Part shown: piece after piece, positions 14,056-27,634 of the stretch
How the letters are laid out: each line of letters opens with the position of its first letter
Position numbering within the stretch: the first letter of the stretch is position 1
Assembly (NCBI GenBank): GCA_030295235.1
Contig: AP026129.1
Location: 496,001-560,000, forward strand
Direction of reading: 5' to 3'
Length of the DNA stretch: 64,000 nt
Origin: Fistulifera solaris
Taxonomy: Eukaryota
Notes under the pieces: generated by a model
Seen by the model: only the letters and a program-made list of their open reading frames with translations
Database searches by the model: none
What the model was told of the DNA's origin: nothing
Position numbers and translations under genes: made by a program

Positions 14056-15360
14056 CTAAGTCTTCTTGGGTTTGCGTTTCTTCTCTTCGTTTCGTTTTTG
14101 AATCTTTTTTGCTTTCGAAACTAGCTTTCTGGCTTTTTCAAGATCACCAACTCCAATTATCTCGGAGCGCTTCAAGTGTTTGTCGGTTTTGGGTTGGTTT
14201 AATCCATCTTCGTGTTTTCGCTTCTTGGTTTCTTTGACGTCTCCGGCGACGCCATCATCGCCATTTTCGGAGTACGAGTATGCAACTAGACAGGTGATCC
14301 GAGCTCCAGTTCCAAGTTGTGTGCTGTCAACTATTTCTACGGCCAACTCTTCGTCGTCCGAGTCGCTACTAACACGACCATCGTCACTCTCTTCTTCACT
14401 GTCTTCTTCGCGATGATTCACCGAGGCATTTTTATTAGCAAGCTTATCTTGCTTGATCATATTCACCGAACCTTGCAGGTTCATGAGACTTATTACCCCG
14501 GCACTGGTTGCTGTCACCACATGGTAGTCTTGAACCGCTTGTATGCATTTAAATCGTTCTTCTCCAGCAACTGGTCCTTCCACGGCCTCAATTGCCATCA
14601 CAGCGAAGCGCTCTTGTTCATTTGGATCGACACTTTTAGGAACATCTAAAACCGGCAATGAACCGTCGTTGCACGCGGCTACAAGGAACATACCGTCATC
14701 TCCTTCGATGAAACACACCTGATTGACTCTTGATGGCAATTCAATATCTAGCAAATCCGAACCGCTTGCTACATCTCTGACCGTAACATGAGATCCGTAA
14801 CCAAATCCGTACGACGAACCGTCACTCGCCCATACAACTGTGTCGATCGACTCCTTTGAGGCAATTTTTGTCGAGAACGCCAATCGACCTCTGGTCAAAT
14901 CCCAAAGCTTGAGCTTTCCATCTCGAGACCCTCCAGTCAAAGCCATTTTTCCAGTGGGATGCACTGCTATGCTAGAGACTCCGCCTTCGTGCCCTTTCAA
15001 TACATGCTGTACGCTCCAATCGCGTTTTTTATAAATCACGATGTGGCCTTCCGAAAAACCGACCAGACAGTGATTTTGAGCAAAGCTCGAACAACAGGGC
15101 GTTCCATATGCCGACGGAGTCCGAACTTCTCCAGTGTCAGTTTGTCGCTTCGCAAAATTGTGAGTCTTTATAACTTCATCGTATCCACAAGAAACTACCG
15201 TGTGCTGAGTGTCTTGATGAGCGACGCTTCGAATGCTTCCGATGTGACTGGGGGACGCGAACACAATCTCGAATTTGTTCTTTCTCGTGGTTAACTCCCA
15301 TCCAGCGAGAACTCCATCATAGGTACCTGCGGCAACGATTACACGAAACGAGTCTGTCAT
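14056..15360 (-). CDS. PAK1IP1: PAK1IP1/Mak11-like WD40 protein for 60S biogenesis
   Basis: VIVAAGTYDGVLAGW N-terminus, WD repeats (GHEGGVSSIAVHPTGKMALTGG...LKLWDLTRGR), GARITCL, basic C-terminal tail. Confidence 0.88.
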   Translation of the reverse strand: MTDSFRVIVAAGTYDGVLAGWELTTRKNKFEIVFASPSHIGSIRSVAHQDTQHTVVSCGYDEVIKTHNFAKRQTDTGEVRTPSAYGTPCCSSFAQNHCLVGFSEGHIVIYKKRDWSVQHVLKGHEGGVSSIAVHPTGKMALTGGSRDGKLKLWDLTRGRLAFSTKIASKESIDTVVWASDGSSYGFGYGSHVTVRDVASGSDLLDIELPSRVNQVCFIEGDDGMFLVAACNDGSLPVLDVPKSVDPNEQERFAVMAIEAVEGPVAGEERFKCIQAVQDYHVVTATSAGVISLMNLQGSVNMIKQDKLANKNASVNHREEDSEEESDDGRVSSDSDDEELAVEIVDSTQLGTGARITCLVAYSYSENGDDGVAGDVKETKKRKHEDGLNQPKTDKHLKRSEIIGVGDLEKARKLVSKAKKIQKRNEEKKRKPKKT

Positions 15361-16242
15361 GGTAATGATAATGCTAACAACAAGTATCGAGGTTTCGGGT
15401 ATGTCGAAAAGAACAAGAAAAAAGGAATGGAATGCGAGCAAGACGAGATTGGATTTTTTGGATGGCAGGGAAACACGATGACGTACAGACGAGCAATCTT
15501 TAACCTTATGCTTATGAGGTTTGCTTTCTCCGAGTTTTTATGAGTGTTGTTGAACTCACACTTTGGACAACTCTTTTCAACGCTATTCGACGTTGCATAT
15601 TAATTATAATGCTGAAAATAGTATTCCGCGAACATTGCAAACGTAACTCATTTACTTATAGCAGATCGAAGGGAAATGAGGCAGTACAAGTACCGGTACG
15701 GTACCTGGTATTCTGTGTCGAAAAATCTTGACTCATGACTGGATCGCAGTCGTGGCTTCCGAGAATTCACACTTCGGGCTATAGTAACATTGCAATTTAA
15801 CAATTTTCAACGCTTTTCGGCGCGAAAAAATTGATATTTGCATTAGTAACGGAAACGATGTCCAAGGTCATAGCACAAGTATTCTTAATGAAACGTATTA
15901 ATTGAGCAAAATAGTCGAAATTGTGGCAGCCTGTCTCGGATAAACCTTGGTTCGTGACTGGATTGCTGTCTTGGCAACAAGTGGAGGACGCTTTCAAATC
16001 AATTCAACCGATGTCATCTAGTTGCTACAACCATTATTCTATTTTCAAAAACCTCTAGCTCATCAGTATCCACGGGTCTTAAAGCTTGCCTTAGAGAACC
16101 GGAGTAGTTCACTGTGCGGAAGCGACAAAGAAACACCTACCACAAGAGGACACTGGTGCCCCGAATGGTTCCATGACCGAGCGCAACAGTCTATGGCTAG
16201 AACACTGGTCAAAGGCTCTATTTCGCTTAGAGATGAATTAAG

Positions 16243-16733
16243 TTAGGCACGGGGGCTGCACGCTGTATTGTTCTCTGTCTTCTGCTCAATATGCTCTAAA
16301 AATTTTCCGTTGAAAGTAATAACAACTCTTTTTCGCCATTCGTCCCAATAACTGTCCCTACGTCCACGTAGAAGTCTATAGCGGACATGATTCCATCACC
16401 ACACTGTTCGTTGATAATCGTTTTGATGGCCTCGCCATAATGTGTGACAGCTTCATAAGTTCGGTAAACGTTCGGCTCCTTTAAAATTTCATCGTTGAAG
16501 GTTCTCATCGGAAAGTCATTTTGCATTGATTCCAAGTCTGCAGCCGTAATAGCAGGTAAGGCCGCGCTCAATTTTGCTGCGGTATCTTTTCTTAGCTTGG
16601 CCTGCCCCAAGAGTAGCTGAGCACAATAAGCGTTCGTCACTCCAAGCTTGGAGGCAAGATCATCGTAGCTCAATCCAGACGCAGCCTTGGCGGCTAAAAC
16701 GCGCTCTACTCTTTCGGCAGTCGATGTAGGCAT
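16243..16733 (-). CDS. cynS: cyanate hydratase (cyanase)
   Basis: EPNVYRTYEAVTHYGEAIKTIINEQCGDGIMSAIDF. Restoring one A in the run at ~16330 gives the conserved RVVITFNGKFL. Confidence 0.96.
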
Positions 16734-17049
16734 GGTTTTCGTTTCACTAGAATCGAGATATGAATCGTGTGAAAAAGTTGTGAGAGCAGCGTGTGTCTGA
16801 CAAGATTGGAAAATAATTGGGATGTTATCGAAACTCTTCGTCTCCGTGATCTGTGACGTTGGCGCAGCGTCTGCCGGCACTTGCACTCAAGACATTTTCG
16901 CCGGCAGCACGACAGAAGAACCGGTATATAATCCACCGTTTTCCATAGCCTTAGGTATAAAAAGAAAATTTCTCTTTGCTAACCTTACTGGTACCAGTTT
17001 CGCTCTTTTGAATTTGATGGCTCTAGGAAATAAATAACCTTACAAAGTT

Positions 17050-19925
17050 TCAAATATTAGCTGCTGACATTTTTTGGCGGAAAAAGGTGAACAACTTTTG
17101 CCCAGTGACTGGTCCGGCGACTCGTCGCAATTCATCTCGAGACATGTCACACAATTCCGCTAGACAGTCGCAGTTCTGCATGATTTTCCGCGCAGAGTGA
17201 ATGTTTACACCAGGCAAACGCAGCAGCATATCTCGGGCAACTTCATTGATCTCATCGCTCTCGCTGCTGGATTCGAAGAATGAATCTTCTAGTTCGTTGC
17301 GACCGATTTCCATCGCTCGTTCGACGTCTACTTCATCGTGGTTCTTCTTAAGATCTTTGAATATTTTCAGCGTATCATGGGGACTTTTGGACCACAAGAT
17401 GCGGAGCTGAGGAAAGTGCATGGTCAACAAGCAAATCTTTGAGCAAATAGAGTCGCTTCTGATCTCCACCCCAATTTCACTAGCATTCTGAAGACAGAAA
17501 GATTTTGCAGGATCAAACTCGATCAGTAAACATGGCACCTTGTAGTACTTGACCATGGATTCCACCTGGGTGTACAACCGTCCACTGGCGAAGCTTCCAA
17601 AAGATCGCTGATACTCTTCCGTTCAACGCAGTGGACACTGCTTAATACAAAATCACCAACAATTAGTGTAACTGGAGCTAATCGCATCCCGCCTTGGTGC
17701 AAAATCGACGGTAGCACAGACCGAAATTCTCTCACATCGACGGCAATATCTCTCTTTTCTTCGTTTGCCTTACGGCCCTTACGACTGTCGAAAGCGAGCG
17801 GTAAACTCCCTCCCATGTAAGTCCCACCAAGAGACCCCTGAGCTAATGCGTGCTGCATTTCCTGAGTAGTCGTTGCGCAGTGCAATGCAGGTGGTGACAT
17901 CATTTTCTTGTGATTGATAAGACGCTCGAACGTGTTCTGTTCTCTTTCGAGCGATTTCATAAATATCTTGTCTTCTGCACTCGCTTGGAACATCAAGAAG
18001 TATACCTCGATTTGCACATCTGAAAGTGCCGCGTGGATCTCGACCGCACGCACAAACGTAATGTCCGTGTCATAAAATAGTACGTATCGCGGCGACAAAT
18101 CTTGTAGCAACAATGACGGTTGATCCAAGCTGGCATAACTTTTCAGAACAATTCGAAGTTCGTCTGGAAACGAAAGCGTGAAATGATCATCTTGTGTATT
18201 CAAAGGTGATGCTTCGTACTCTAGGTCATTTGAATCGTCATGTTCTGCCAAATCAACTGCCTCGTCCAAGACAGCGTTCCGCTCAAGATCTTCCGTCTGC
18301 ATAGTAGCCTCACCGCGGGCCTTTTCTCGCGTGATACGACGCCTCTTCCGTACAAAATTGGGAATATGATTGATGGGAGCATTTTGGCGACGCTTTCGCT
18401 TCGACTGGTCTCCAAATAAAATGCGGCGACAACGACTTTCTTCTTCCAATAAAACACGACTTTCTTCCGACAATGTCTCTACTCCGCCGTTCACCGTTAT
18501 GGAGCGACTTCGATCATTTTGCTGCTCTAGAAACCTCAGCCAGCGAAACAAAAGGGCTCGATTTCCCTGAACGAGATAATCCTTTACCGCGGCCATAGTT
18601 CTATCATCTTTGACGAGGACCAAGATATTCGTTGGACCAGCCGCTCTGTCAGCAACCTCTTTCTCAAACTTCTCTCGAATCTCCGATAAGACTGTGCGAA
18701 GTAAGCGCCATTTGGGGCTCTCTTCCAACACTGGCTGACACTTCAAAACAGGATTCGGTACTTGCTTCGTCGGAAGAGGTCGGTGGAGCGTAAACAATCG
18801 CTCTTTCGCTTTTCGAAACAAGACGTCCGCAGCTGGCGTCAGTAGCCACATAGAGGGGTGTCTCGATGCGGCACTCATGCTTTGAATGCTCAGTAAGAGT
18901 TTGTAGAAGCTGACGCAATCGTAGGTGAGTAGATTTTGGAATAGAGTTCTCAATGTTCGAAGATCTTGAATGAGTTGCTTCGTCTCTGGTGATAAACGAT
19001 GCCAATCATGCTCCAGATTTCTCGATAGCGCCTGATCCAAAGGGTTTGTAACGAGGTTTTCTACAGTAAATTGCTCTCCGTCCAACAACAAGGTGAGATT
19101 GGCTAGTGCTTTGGATTCTTTGAGTTTTCGAATGACCGTCTGCAACGCCACAGCAATGGCTTGTTGCATCTCTTTTGCAGGGGAGACAATTCCTGATGCA
19201 GCTCAATGACCTTTGGTGGATTTCGACCCTCCAACTCTTCTCGTATAGAATCATGGAAGCGTGGATACAAGTAGAGTCGTTGTACATGAAGAGCCTTGAG
19301 AATTTTGTCGACCTTACTGAAGCCCGACATGACTTGCTCGGGCGATTCTGATATTGCTTTGACAAATGCTGCCTCATTACTGTTGCTAGAAGATGATTGA
19401 AATTGACGTTGTGATTGAATAATCCGAATAATGAAAGCTTCCGTGGATGTTTCGGTCACTTGCTCCGCGTGCGCCACCAATAAGCCATCGATTTGAATGG
19501 AATCAATCGTTGCCGTCAATAGATCCACAATTAAAATCCGACTAGTAATCACGAAAACACCCCCTTGCTGATACAAAGCCGCCCGTTCTTTGCTCTGCCC
19601 TGCTTCATTTGTTAAAATGGTGGGCAAAATTTCGGGAGGCGTCCCCCAGCTGGTTAAAATATTCAAGAGAGCCGTGCGCTCCCGCTTCGCGATGCAGTCC
19701 CAGTACAAGCACGAGAGGCGGTTTCCCATCTTTCTTCTTTGTTTCCTCTTCTGCATAATGCCCCTCTTCTGGATCCGCATAAAACCGCACCAACGAAGCC
19801 AGCAGCATATCCGACTGCAAACCCTTTCCCAGCACCGCTAGTCCGTCTTCATCGTACAATTGACCGAAGATTTCGGCAAGATACGAAGGAAGAAGACCTT
19901 GCGGCACAAAGGCTTTATCTTCCAT
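17050..19925 (-). CDS. ERCC4: DNA repair endonuclease XPF (ERCC4/RAD1)
   Basis: DGLAVLGKGL, ITSRILIVDLLT, LYLYPRFH, LEESPKW, nuclease motif VDVREFRSVLP...GDFVLS...VERKSISDL, C-terminal HhH (LPGVN). Three 1-nt frameshifts. Confidence 0.96.
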
Positions 19926-20425
19926 ATCTATTGTTTGCAAGAACACATGAATATGATTGAATATAAAGTTTGTTCTTGACCCAAGTGCTCCGCCTATTTG
20001 AAAGTAGTGTTGCAAATGGAGAAAATGGTGCAGCGGGCTGGAGGAGAAATGCAAATGTCACAATGTTGCAGATGACGTTTTATGGTATACCGGGTACAGT
20101 TATATTATGAAGTAACGTGTCACGGACGAAGGAAGGACGAAGAGACCCTACCCCTGCCTGCCCTACTGTAAAGTTTAGAATGCGTTTCAATTCTCAACGG
20201 TTTGGGTTTCTTTCAAAAATTCCCACCGTCGTCCCCGCGTGTCAATCCAAAACGATGAAAATCACAAAAAAATCAAGAACGAGGGCAAAAAATACGGCGT
20301 GTAATATCAATAGCTTTAGAGTGAAAGAGCTTCATTCAGCTCTAAAGATTCAACGCGCATTTGAATTATCTGCGTAGTCGCGTAGTCGGAAGAAGTAGAC
20401 AAGCGATTGAGTAATATTGTTTAGA

Positions 20426-22831
20426 ATGACGAATCTCGAGAGATCGGTGGCGGATCCAATAGAGCGAAGTAATGATGCACTCGCTATGAACACAGATGCA
20501 TTGCCTGATGTCGCTGCACAGCAACAGCAGCAAATAGACGCATTAGAGAAACAACTCGCAGTACAATCACTTCAAGAAGGGACATCTCCGATAATGACGA
20601 AAGATATGGGCGACTGCAACGACAGCTTCAATCAAATAGAGATGGGAAGTAATCACTCAGGTTCCTCTTTCTCCGTAGCCGGAGACCAGTTGGTGTTTAG
20701 TGACACGGAAACATCCAACCAGACGAGCTTGTACACGCCTTACAAACTCCAGTCGATCACTACTTCGTGTTTTACGGCAGGGATAGAGGAAGATGATATT
20801 ATGGAAAATGAAGATGCCCGATTTGCAGCTCTCAGTTTTGTTGCGGAGCATCGGATATTTATGAAAGCTGCTTTGATGTTGTTGAATGAAAGAGACAAGA
20901 AAGCACCGCAATTGGGAATGTTAGATCCTATTATCATTAAAGCCGGTCCACTCAAGAAAGCCGCGCACTTGGTAAATGGCGTTTGGAAAGTCAAATACGT
21001 GGAAATCCGTCGAGGTATGTTCTCGTACTATGAAAATGCCGTCTCGCGAGATTCGACGGGAGAAGAAGAATTGATGCGCAAAGACATTCCCCTTGAAGCA
21101 TCTTCGTGTACTTGCCGACCAGTCAAGCTGCATCAAAAGGCGTTTAATTTTACGCCGCTGGGGGCTTTGTTCGAGTTAAGTGTCAACGGGTCGAAACGCC
21201 TTTGGATGGCGAATTCGCGTGACGAGAGACATACATGGATGCACGCTATCCAGCATGCGATAGTAGGTGGGTCCGTGACGCGCGGTGATTCTTTTCTAGA
21301 CGGTTCGGGGGACAACAAGAAAGGTATTGACCCTCGGTCTCCGTTCCGAGACAACTTGAGACTGTTTGCGAAGTCGCAAAGCAAAATGAGAAATGCTAGA
21401 TCTATGCAAGATTATATTGCTGAATTACGAGGTATTTTAAATCATTCTTTGGAAGTGCCGATCAAATGGGTTGCCCGACAAGCGATCATATCCGGAGGTG
21501 ATGAAATGGAGGGTGCTTTTCGCGAAGAAACGATCGATTTATCCGTCGACCAGTTGTGGCGTGATCTGCAGAGAGACTCTATCAAGATCGACGGAGTTGT
21601 TTATCAAGGAGATGTAGGCCATGGACCAGAGCGTATTACTGCCGCTTTGCTTCGACGAATCCTCGATGTAAGCCAAACGGGAGACGCGGCTCGGTCGCTG
21701 AGCGAATCACAAGCACTCGCTCTTGCTCGCGATGCTCTTTTAGCCGGTAACAGGACTCGTACTGGGGGCGATTCTTACTTCTGTATAAAGTCGCTTTGCA
21801 AGAATGATAACTTGGTAGTGATCGTTCCGAAAGCGGGTAAAGTCGAACCAACATCGCTAGAAGTTTGCGAGGATAATTCTGACAATTCGCTACACAGTCG
21901 ACTAGACAGCAAGAAAGGATGGATCAAAACAAGAAACTTGTTAAGCCGTACTTGGAAGCGGCGATTTTTCGTTTTATCAGAGGGAACCCTGAGCTATTAC
22001 GAAGGGGCTTTACCGCGACCACATGGATTGAAAGGGCAGATGTTCATGAAAGACGCTACAATTGCTCTTAAGCATAGAGATCACAAAAACGAATTGGTGC
22101 TATCGATTACTGTAAACGAAGGGACTCCTACACTTCGCGAATCTCTGCTGTTATTTGAATCGAAGAACGCGCTGATCGATTGGATTTACGCTTTAGAATG
22201 TACAGCCCGCTCAAAGTATGTCACTCAGCAACGAAGAAAGTCTCGGCGGAGAACCAGTCTCAAGATTCCTCACGAGGAGCTCGAAGCCTCTTGTTCGGAC
22301 ATAGCTACGTCAGCAAAGGATGCTACGTTCAACCATCTTGAAGTTCTTGGGATTGGCGAAGAGCAGATCATCAGTCGCGTGGATCGAATATCGCGCCGAA
22401 CTAGCGCAGCGCTGAAGATAACAGTCAAAGCATGGACAGAGTACAAAATTTGTACGGTTGATCCCGAAGGAGACGAGTCTTTAGACACTTGGGCCACTGT
22501 GCGGACTGACTTCCTACAGGAGCTTAAAATGACAGGTGGTCCTAACGGTCGCATCACCCGCGGGGAAGAGACAGTAAGGGTCTCCGTACTTGATTGCATT
22601 GGCGGATCATCAGAGCCGGCGACTGCATCTCCTAAACGTTCCAAAAGCCTCAGGCTATTTTTAAGAACCAACGGAAGCAACGAGGAATCAAATAGCTTGG
22701 AGCTTGTGCGCGCCAAGGACGCCCTTGCTCTTCCATCTCCAGCATCGGAGGAACTTTCGGATGCTCAAACATCACCAACAGGTCGGAATTCTCACCCATT
22801 CTCATCAAAAAGATCGGAGCCGGTGAAATAG
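20426..22831 (+). CDS. protein with two PH domains
   Basis: Uninterrupted ORF. PH1: KAGPLKK...WKVKYVEIRRGMFSYY...WMHAI. PH2: KKGWIK...WKRRFFVLSEGTLSYY...WIYAL. Confidence 0.85.
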   Translation: MTNLERSVADPIERSNDALAMNTDALPDVAAQQQQQIDALEKQLAVQSLQEGTSPIMTKDMGDCNDSFNQIEMGSNHSGSSFSVAGDQLVFSDTETSNQTSLYTPYKLQSITTSCFTAGIEEDDIMENEDARFAALSFVAEHRIFMKAALMLLNERDKKAPQLGMLDPIIIKAGPLKKAAHLVNGVWKVKYVEIRRGMFSYYENAVSRDSTGEEELMRKDIPLEASSCTCRPVKLHQKAFNFTPLGALFELSVNGSKRLWMANSRDERHTWMHAIQHAIVGGSVTRGDSFLDGSGDNKKGIDPRSPFRDNLRLFAKSQSKMRNARSMQDYIAELRGILNHSLEVPIKWVARQAIISGGDEMEGAFREETIDLSVDQLWRDLQRDSIKIDGVVYQGDVGHGPERITAALLRRILDVSQTGDAARSLSESQALALARDALLAGNRTRTGGDSYFCIKSLCKNDNLVVIVPKAGKVEPTSLEVCEDNSDNSLHSRLDSKKGWIKTRNLLSRTWKRRFFVLSEGTLSYYEGALPRPHGLKGQMFMKDATIALKHRDHKNELVLSITVNEGTPTLRESLLLFESKNALIDWIYALECTARSKYVTQQRRKSRRRTSLKIPHEELEASCSDIATSAKDATFNHLEVLGIGEEQIISRVDRISRRTSAALKITVKAWTEYKICTVDPEGDESLDTWATVRTDFLQELKMTGGPNGRITRGEETVRVSVLDCIGGSSEPATASPKRSKSLRLFLRTNGSNEESNSLELVRAKDALALPSPASEELSDAQTSPTGRNSHPFSSKRSEPVK

Positions 22832-23018
22832 ACCAACTTCTTCCGTCGGCACCGAGTATTGAGGAAGAAGAGGAGTAAGTCAGATTTTTGGCATTATTCA
22901 GTACCTCCATCATCTGTTTCGTAAAGAAAAGACTTAATACCCCTTGTACAAATGCATTTAAAAGCTGCGTGAGTGTGACAGCTCGACAAGCCATATCACA
23001 TCAATAGTAAACTCGACC

Positions 23019-24652
23019 TTATTCAAACTCTTTCCGTGACTCGTAGAGAGATACAAATGCGACGGCTCCCAGTACATTGACGAGCGCATTAATGGCGAAG
23101 ATTATGCCCCAATCTTGATTTGTTGCATCCAGCAGCACTCCAGTTACCCACACTCCAAACGTCCCCACCAAGACGCCGGGCAACGTAGTCATACTATACA
23201 GAAAACCCGCCCATCGTGACCCGGCTTTTTCCTGTGAAGCGGCTTCGAATCCACCTGCGTTGAAAGCTTGTAAACCAAACACACCGGCCAAACCAGCTTG
23301 AGCCAGCCATGCTTCTTCCGGAATGTGCCAAGCCATCGACGCCATGACAGCAGCCGGACCCAATAATCCCAATGATTGAAAAATGTTGCGAATTTTCGTT
23401 TTCTCGTCATCATTGGATGGATCTTGCATGTTTTGCACCGTCCAATCTGCCGCGATACCCGCCAAAATCCCGCCGACGATCCCCGCCAGTCCAGGGAGGA
23501 CCGACAACCATGCCGAATCTTTCACACCGATGCTGTATTGTTGCGAGTAAAATGTGGGCATCCAACTCAACCAGTTATAAAGCCCCCAATTTCTAGAGCA
23601 ATGGGCCAGTGTCATTGCCCACACACCTTTCGATTGAAGCATCTCTTTCCACGGTGCATCTCGACAGATTGTCATGGCTTGTTCGAAAGGCGACGCTAAT
23701 ACTTCTTTCTTTTTCGTACTAGACAGAACAATAGACTGCGACGGAGGTTCATCCTGACCAAGTATCCACCATGGTATCAACAAAGCCGTCCCAACCAAAC
23801 CGTACACATAAAACAGCGATCGCCAACCAAAAGCCTCTAGAATGAACGGAGAAACAATATACGCCATGATTTTCCCACAAGCAAAGCCACTAAATACAAA
23901 AGATAGTGCTAAGAGAGAGCGTGTCAGAATAAGGATACATGGAGATGCACTTTGGAGCCGCCAGACTCTCACCTCGACTCTTTTCTTCTTGGAACGTCCA
24001 GACTGTCAAAAATCGTTGCGTTGAAGGCAACACGAAGCTCTCACCAGCACCCACGAATGCTCTAGCTATCATGAGTGTCGATAGCGCTGTACCGGCTACG
24101 AGAGGTGTGGCGAGTGTGGCTAAACTCAAACGGCAATACCCGACATCATGGCCCATTTGGGTGATACATTTCCTACGAAAAGTCCTGCGGGAAGGATGAG
24201 TAAACCGTATCCGACACTGAAAAAGGAAGCTATGGTCCCTTTGATACTACTTGAATAAAGAAACTCGGCTGACATGGGAAGGAAGGCTACCGACATGGCG
24301 ACGCGGTCAAGTGAAGCTAGGAAGGCTGTGATCCACAGGAGCGCGAGCATAATGTATTTTTGTTTTCATCTTCTTTCGTGAACGCTATGGTTGCATGTGA
24401 TTCTTCTGCTGACTCTCTATTGAGAATATCATCAACATGATCTGTATACACATCGGTGGTGTAGGTGATATTGTTGTTGGGTTGGAATTGTACGACGACT
24501 TCAGCGTCGACTACTTTAATCGACCGACTCCTCGCACCTGAAAAAGTCGGTCGCCAGGGAGTGCGAATCGATTGGAAAGCGTGAGTTCCTAAGAAACAGC
24601 TGACGTGTATCAGTGTTATCAGTAATGCTACAAAGCAATTGATTACTTTCAT
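23019..24652 (-). CDS. MFS anion/phosphate transporter (SLC17/PHT4-ANTR family), probably plastid-targeted
   Basis: LDRVAMSVA, FFSVGY, ARAFVGAGE, FGWRSLFYVYG, WLSWMPTFY. Signal peptide followed by HAF. One intron near 23930-23970 and frameshifts. Confidence 0.85.
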
Positions 24653-25020
24653 CGTTCTGTATTCTTCATCAATAGGAAGATTCATTTGCCACAATGGAGG
24701 AACGACGACGGCATGAAAAAACGAGAAAGACAACTCTCGGTCCCCAGCAATTTCAGCAAATGCGATGGTGACGTCATCCAGTTGAATCTCATGGTACGGT
24801 AGCCTTAAACCTTACAGTACTTTGCTATTTCTACAATGAATGAAAAAAAACTCGCCGCTCGTCGCCGCACGCCGCAGCTCATCATATTCTACCAAGTGTT
24901 GCTCGTTTGTTGTTCTCCTTTCGCTCACACTGCTTCAAGGAAAAAGACAACAGATTGTATTTTTTCATTCTCATGTATTTTTTCATTCTCAAACCAATTT
25001 TCAACAAGGAAGCCCTTTGA

Positions 25021-25771
25021 ATGCACGGACACAAAGGGCCCGCAACCCGGAGCACGATCCGGAACTCTCTTTGGTCCTCCTTGTCGGCGCGACGACTGGC
25101 ATATTTCCAGTACAATCCCTCAATAATTTGTTTATACAACGATCGCAAATCAGCAGTAGAAACAAGAGCAACTTTTGAATGGACTCGATAGAGTAAACGG
25201 CATCAATACCGCGACGCCCGAACGCACAGCATTACTGCGAGAGATGATCACGGAGCCTCCAGGGACAGGAACGTCGTCTTCAGCTGTCGCGGCGGGAACG
25301 TGGGTTGTGCTCTATGCACCCCACATTACCACCATGGCTCGTGTTCTGGGAAACAGTGCATTTGATCCTATTCTCTATCAGATGCGAGCCAATGGGACCA
25401 TGACGTCCCACGTGCGCTGGACATTTTTGAAACACTATTCGTGTTGGCTGTCGGTGAGTGGTACGTATGCATCACGAGACGACGACCGCGTCTCGCGAGT
25501 TAACTTTGATCAAGTCTGGATAAAATGGAATGATCGACTGGAAGATGAGCCTTACTCAACACTGCAAGATGTTCCGGCGAGCTGGTGGAAGACTGTCATA
25601 CAAACTGTGGGCAAATTGGGGTTTGTGGAAAGCTTTTCGGTCTTTCCCGTGGCGTATTTAGACAACGATTTGATTGTGTTTGAGTTTGAACTGTTAGGAA
25701 CGAGAATATGTGCGAGGAAAATACAACGGAACGATCTCTATCGAAAGGTTGTGTCGAAAGATTCGATATAG
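25021..25771 (+). CDS. hypothetical protein with a PAP-fibrillin/lipocalin-like domain; start uncertain
   Basis: GTWVVLY...SVSGTY...VAYLDNDLIV pattern. Frameshift in the 5' part. Confidence 0.5.
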
Positions 25772-26488
25772 ACAGTCCCGCGAACACATGAAAGGCAAAC
25801 TTCTTACCGAAAAGAGACTTCGCAACATCGGATGCACTTTGTTGGACGGGATCATTCAATCTGAAGTGGAATCAGACTGCTAAATATGTTTGTCCTGAAA
25901 TGGGCTGTGTGCTCGAGAATGCGCAGTAGACTATGCAATAAATCGAACATGAAAAATTCTGTTCAGGGATGAATACTGCAATAAAGCGTGTTAGTAAACA
26001 AGATTCATATCTTAACTGATGGAGCGAATTCAGCATTCAGCTGCAGTTGTCAACAACAGGTCATAGACCGCTATTTAAGGGGACGAGTGACTTCTGCTAA
26101 TTCCTTGAAAATGATCGTTACATCAAATAATTTGAGCCGTTGTATTACTTTCGTGCTTGAGTCATCATTGGCCTTTGTGTTGGCGCACTTAAAATGTTCG
26201 AGACTTTTAGTAGTCTAAATATGGCGTAGTTTATTCCTTCGGGATTAGGAATTCGCGACTCAAGTCCTAGCGTACATTTTCAACAAGCTCTTCATAGTTT
26301 CTTCTGTTCATCGGTACTAATATCGCTCTACATGAAACGTGGAATTCGCTGACAAACTTTGAACGTGTTCACGATGGCCTATAATTGCGCGACGGAGGAC
26401 CAAGTTTGATCCATTTTACCAGCACTTTTACATCCTTGTACTTGACGAACTTGGCCGTTGCATCTCAACAAAACGCTTCTTTATCAAC

Positions 26489-27571
26489 ATGAGTAAATCG
26501 CCGTCGCTGAGAAGAATCCAGGCCGACATACGCGAACTCGCCTTTGATCCGTCCGATCGATACCATGCTGCGCCGATGGAGAACGACATGTTCGAATGGC
26601 ATTTCACGATCCGTGGAGCCGATGGCACCGATTTTGAAGGAGGCATATATCACGGACGTATTCTACTGCCTCCGGAATATCCCATGAGACCACCGAATAT
26701 TATTTTCTTGACTCCGTCGGGTCGCTTTGAAACAAACACCAAAATTTGTCTGTCCTTTTCGGCGTTTCATCCAGAATTGTGGCAGCCAGCTTGGGGCATT
26801 CGTCTCATCCTGGAAGCGCTTATTAGTTTCCTTCCCACACCCGCCGACGGAGCGATTGGGGCTCTTGATTGGAGTTCGGCGGAGCGTAAGAAACTAGCGG
26901 CGCAGTCGGTGCATCACGAATGCCCCATCTGTGGAAAAGATTGCTAGATTGTTGCCCGAGGTGAAGAAAGACACGGACGAGGGCAGTTGTCAAAAGCCCA
27001 GTCGATTTCAAAAGGAGATTGAAGAGTTGCAAAAGCGCAGCAAATGCAGCATGCTTTATCTGTCGATGGAAGCCTAACAAAGCTCGATGTATGTCGAGAG
27101 ATTTTTCACGATGATGCTGTTTCAGAGGAACAGCAGCCTAAGTCAGTTAACAGCGTCGGCAACAACTCCAAAAAGGATGATGACATATTGAAAAGTAATA
27201 ACGAAAAAGACAGCAAAGACGATATGAAAGAGGAGAAAGAGGACGAAGTTGAAATCATAGTTAGTCAGCATTCAGGTGCTGGAGGCAGTGACACACACGA
27301 ACAAACTACCGAAGTAAATTCAACTAACACAAAGGTCGACGAAGAGCAAGCTACGGAACGATATGAGACGGATGTGTCAGCCGTTGATCCTCCAATCATA
27401 GTACCGGATCAACAGCAGCAACAAAACTGGCAGTCTGATATATCCAGCAGTTGGTTCCTATCGGACCCAGTCCTTAACGCAATAATAATGGTACTGTCGA
27501 TGACTTGTTACTTGCTGCTCAAAAAGATTGACGCGGTGATGGAGGAGATTTATGCTTTGGAAAGCGAATAG
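26489..27571 (+). CDS. UBE2J1: ER-anchored ubiquitin-conjugating enzyme E2 J1 (Ubc6-like)
   Basis: FEWHFTIRG, YHGRILLPPEYPMRPP, TPSGRFE, KICLSFSAFHPELWQPAW. Acidic linker and C-terminal TM helix. Frameshifts near 26940 and 27040. Confidence 0.93.
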
Positions 27572-27634
27572 TCAGCAATCCTAAACATAATAGTTATTTA
27601 GTGACCACATAAATGAACCGTATCTATGATCGCT

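Noticed and set aside
1..19925. ATM and XPF as a DNA-repair gene cluster
   Set aside because: They are separated by 10 kb of unrelated genes, which is compatible with chance.
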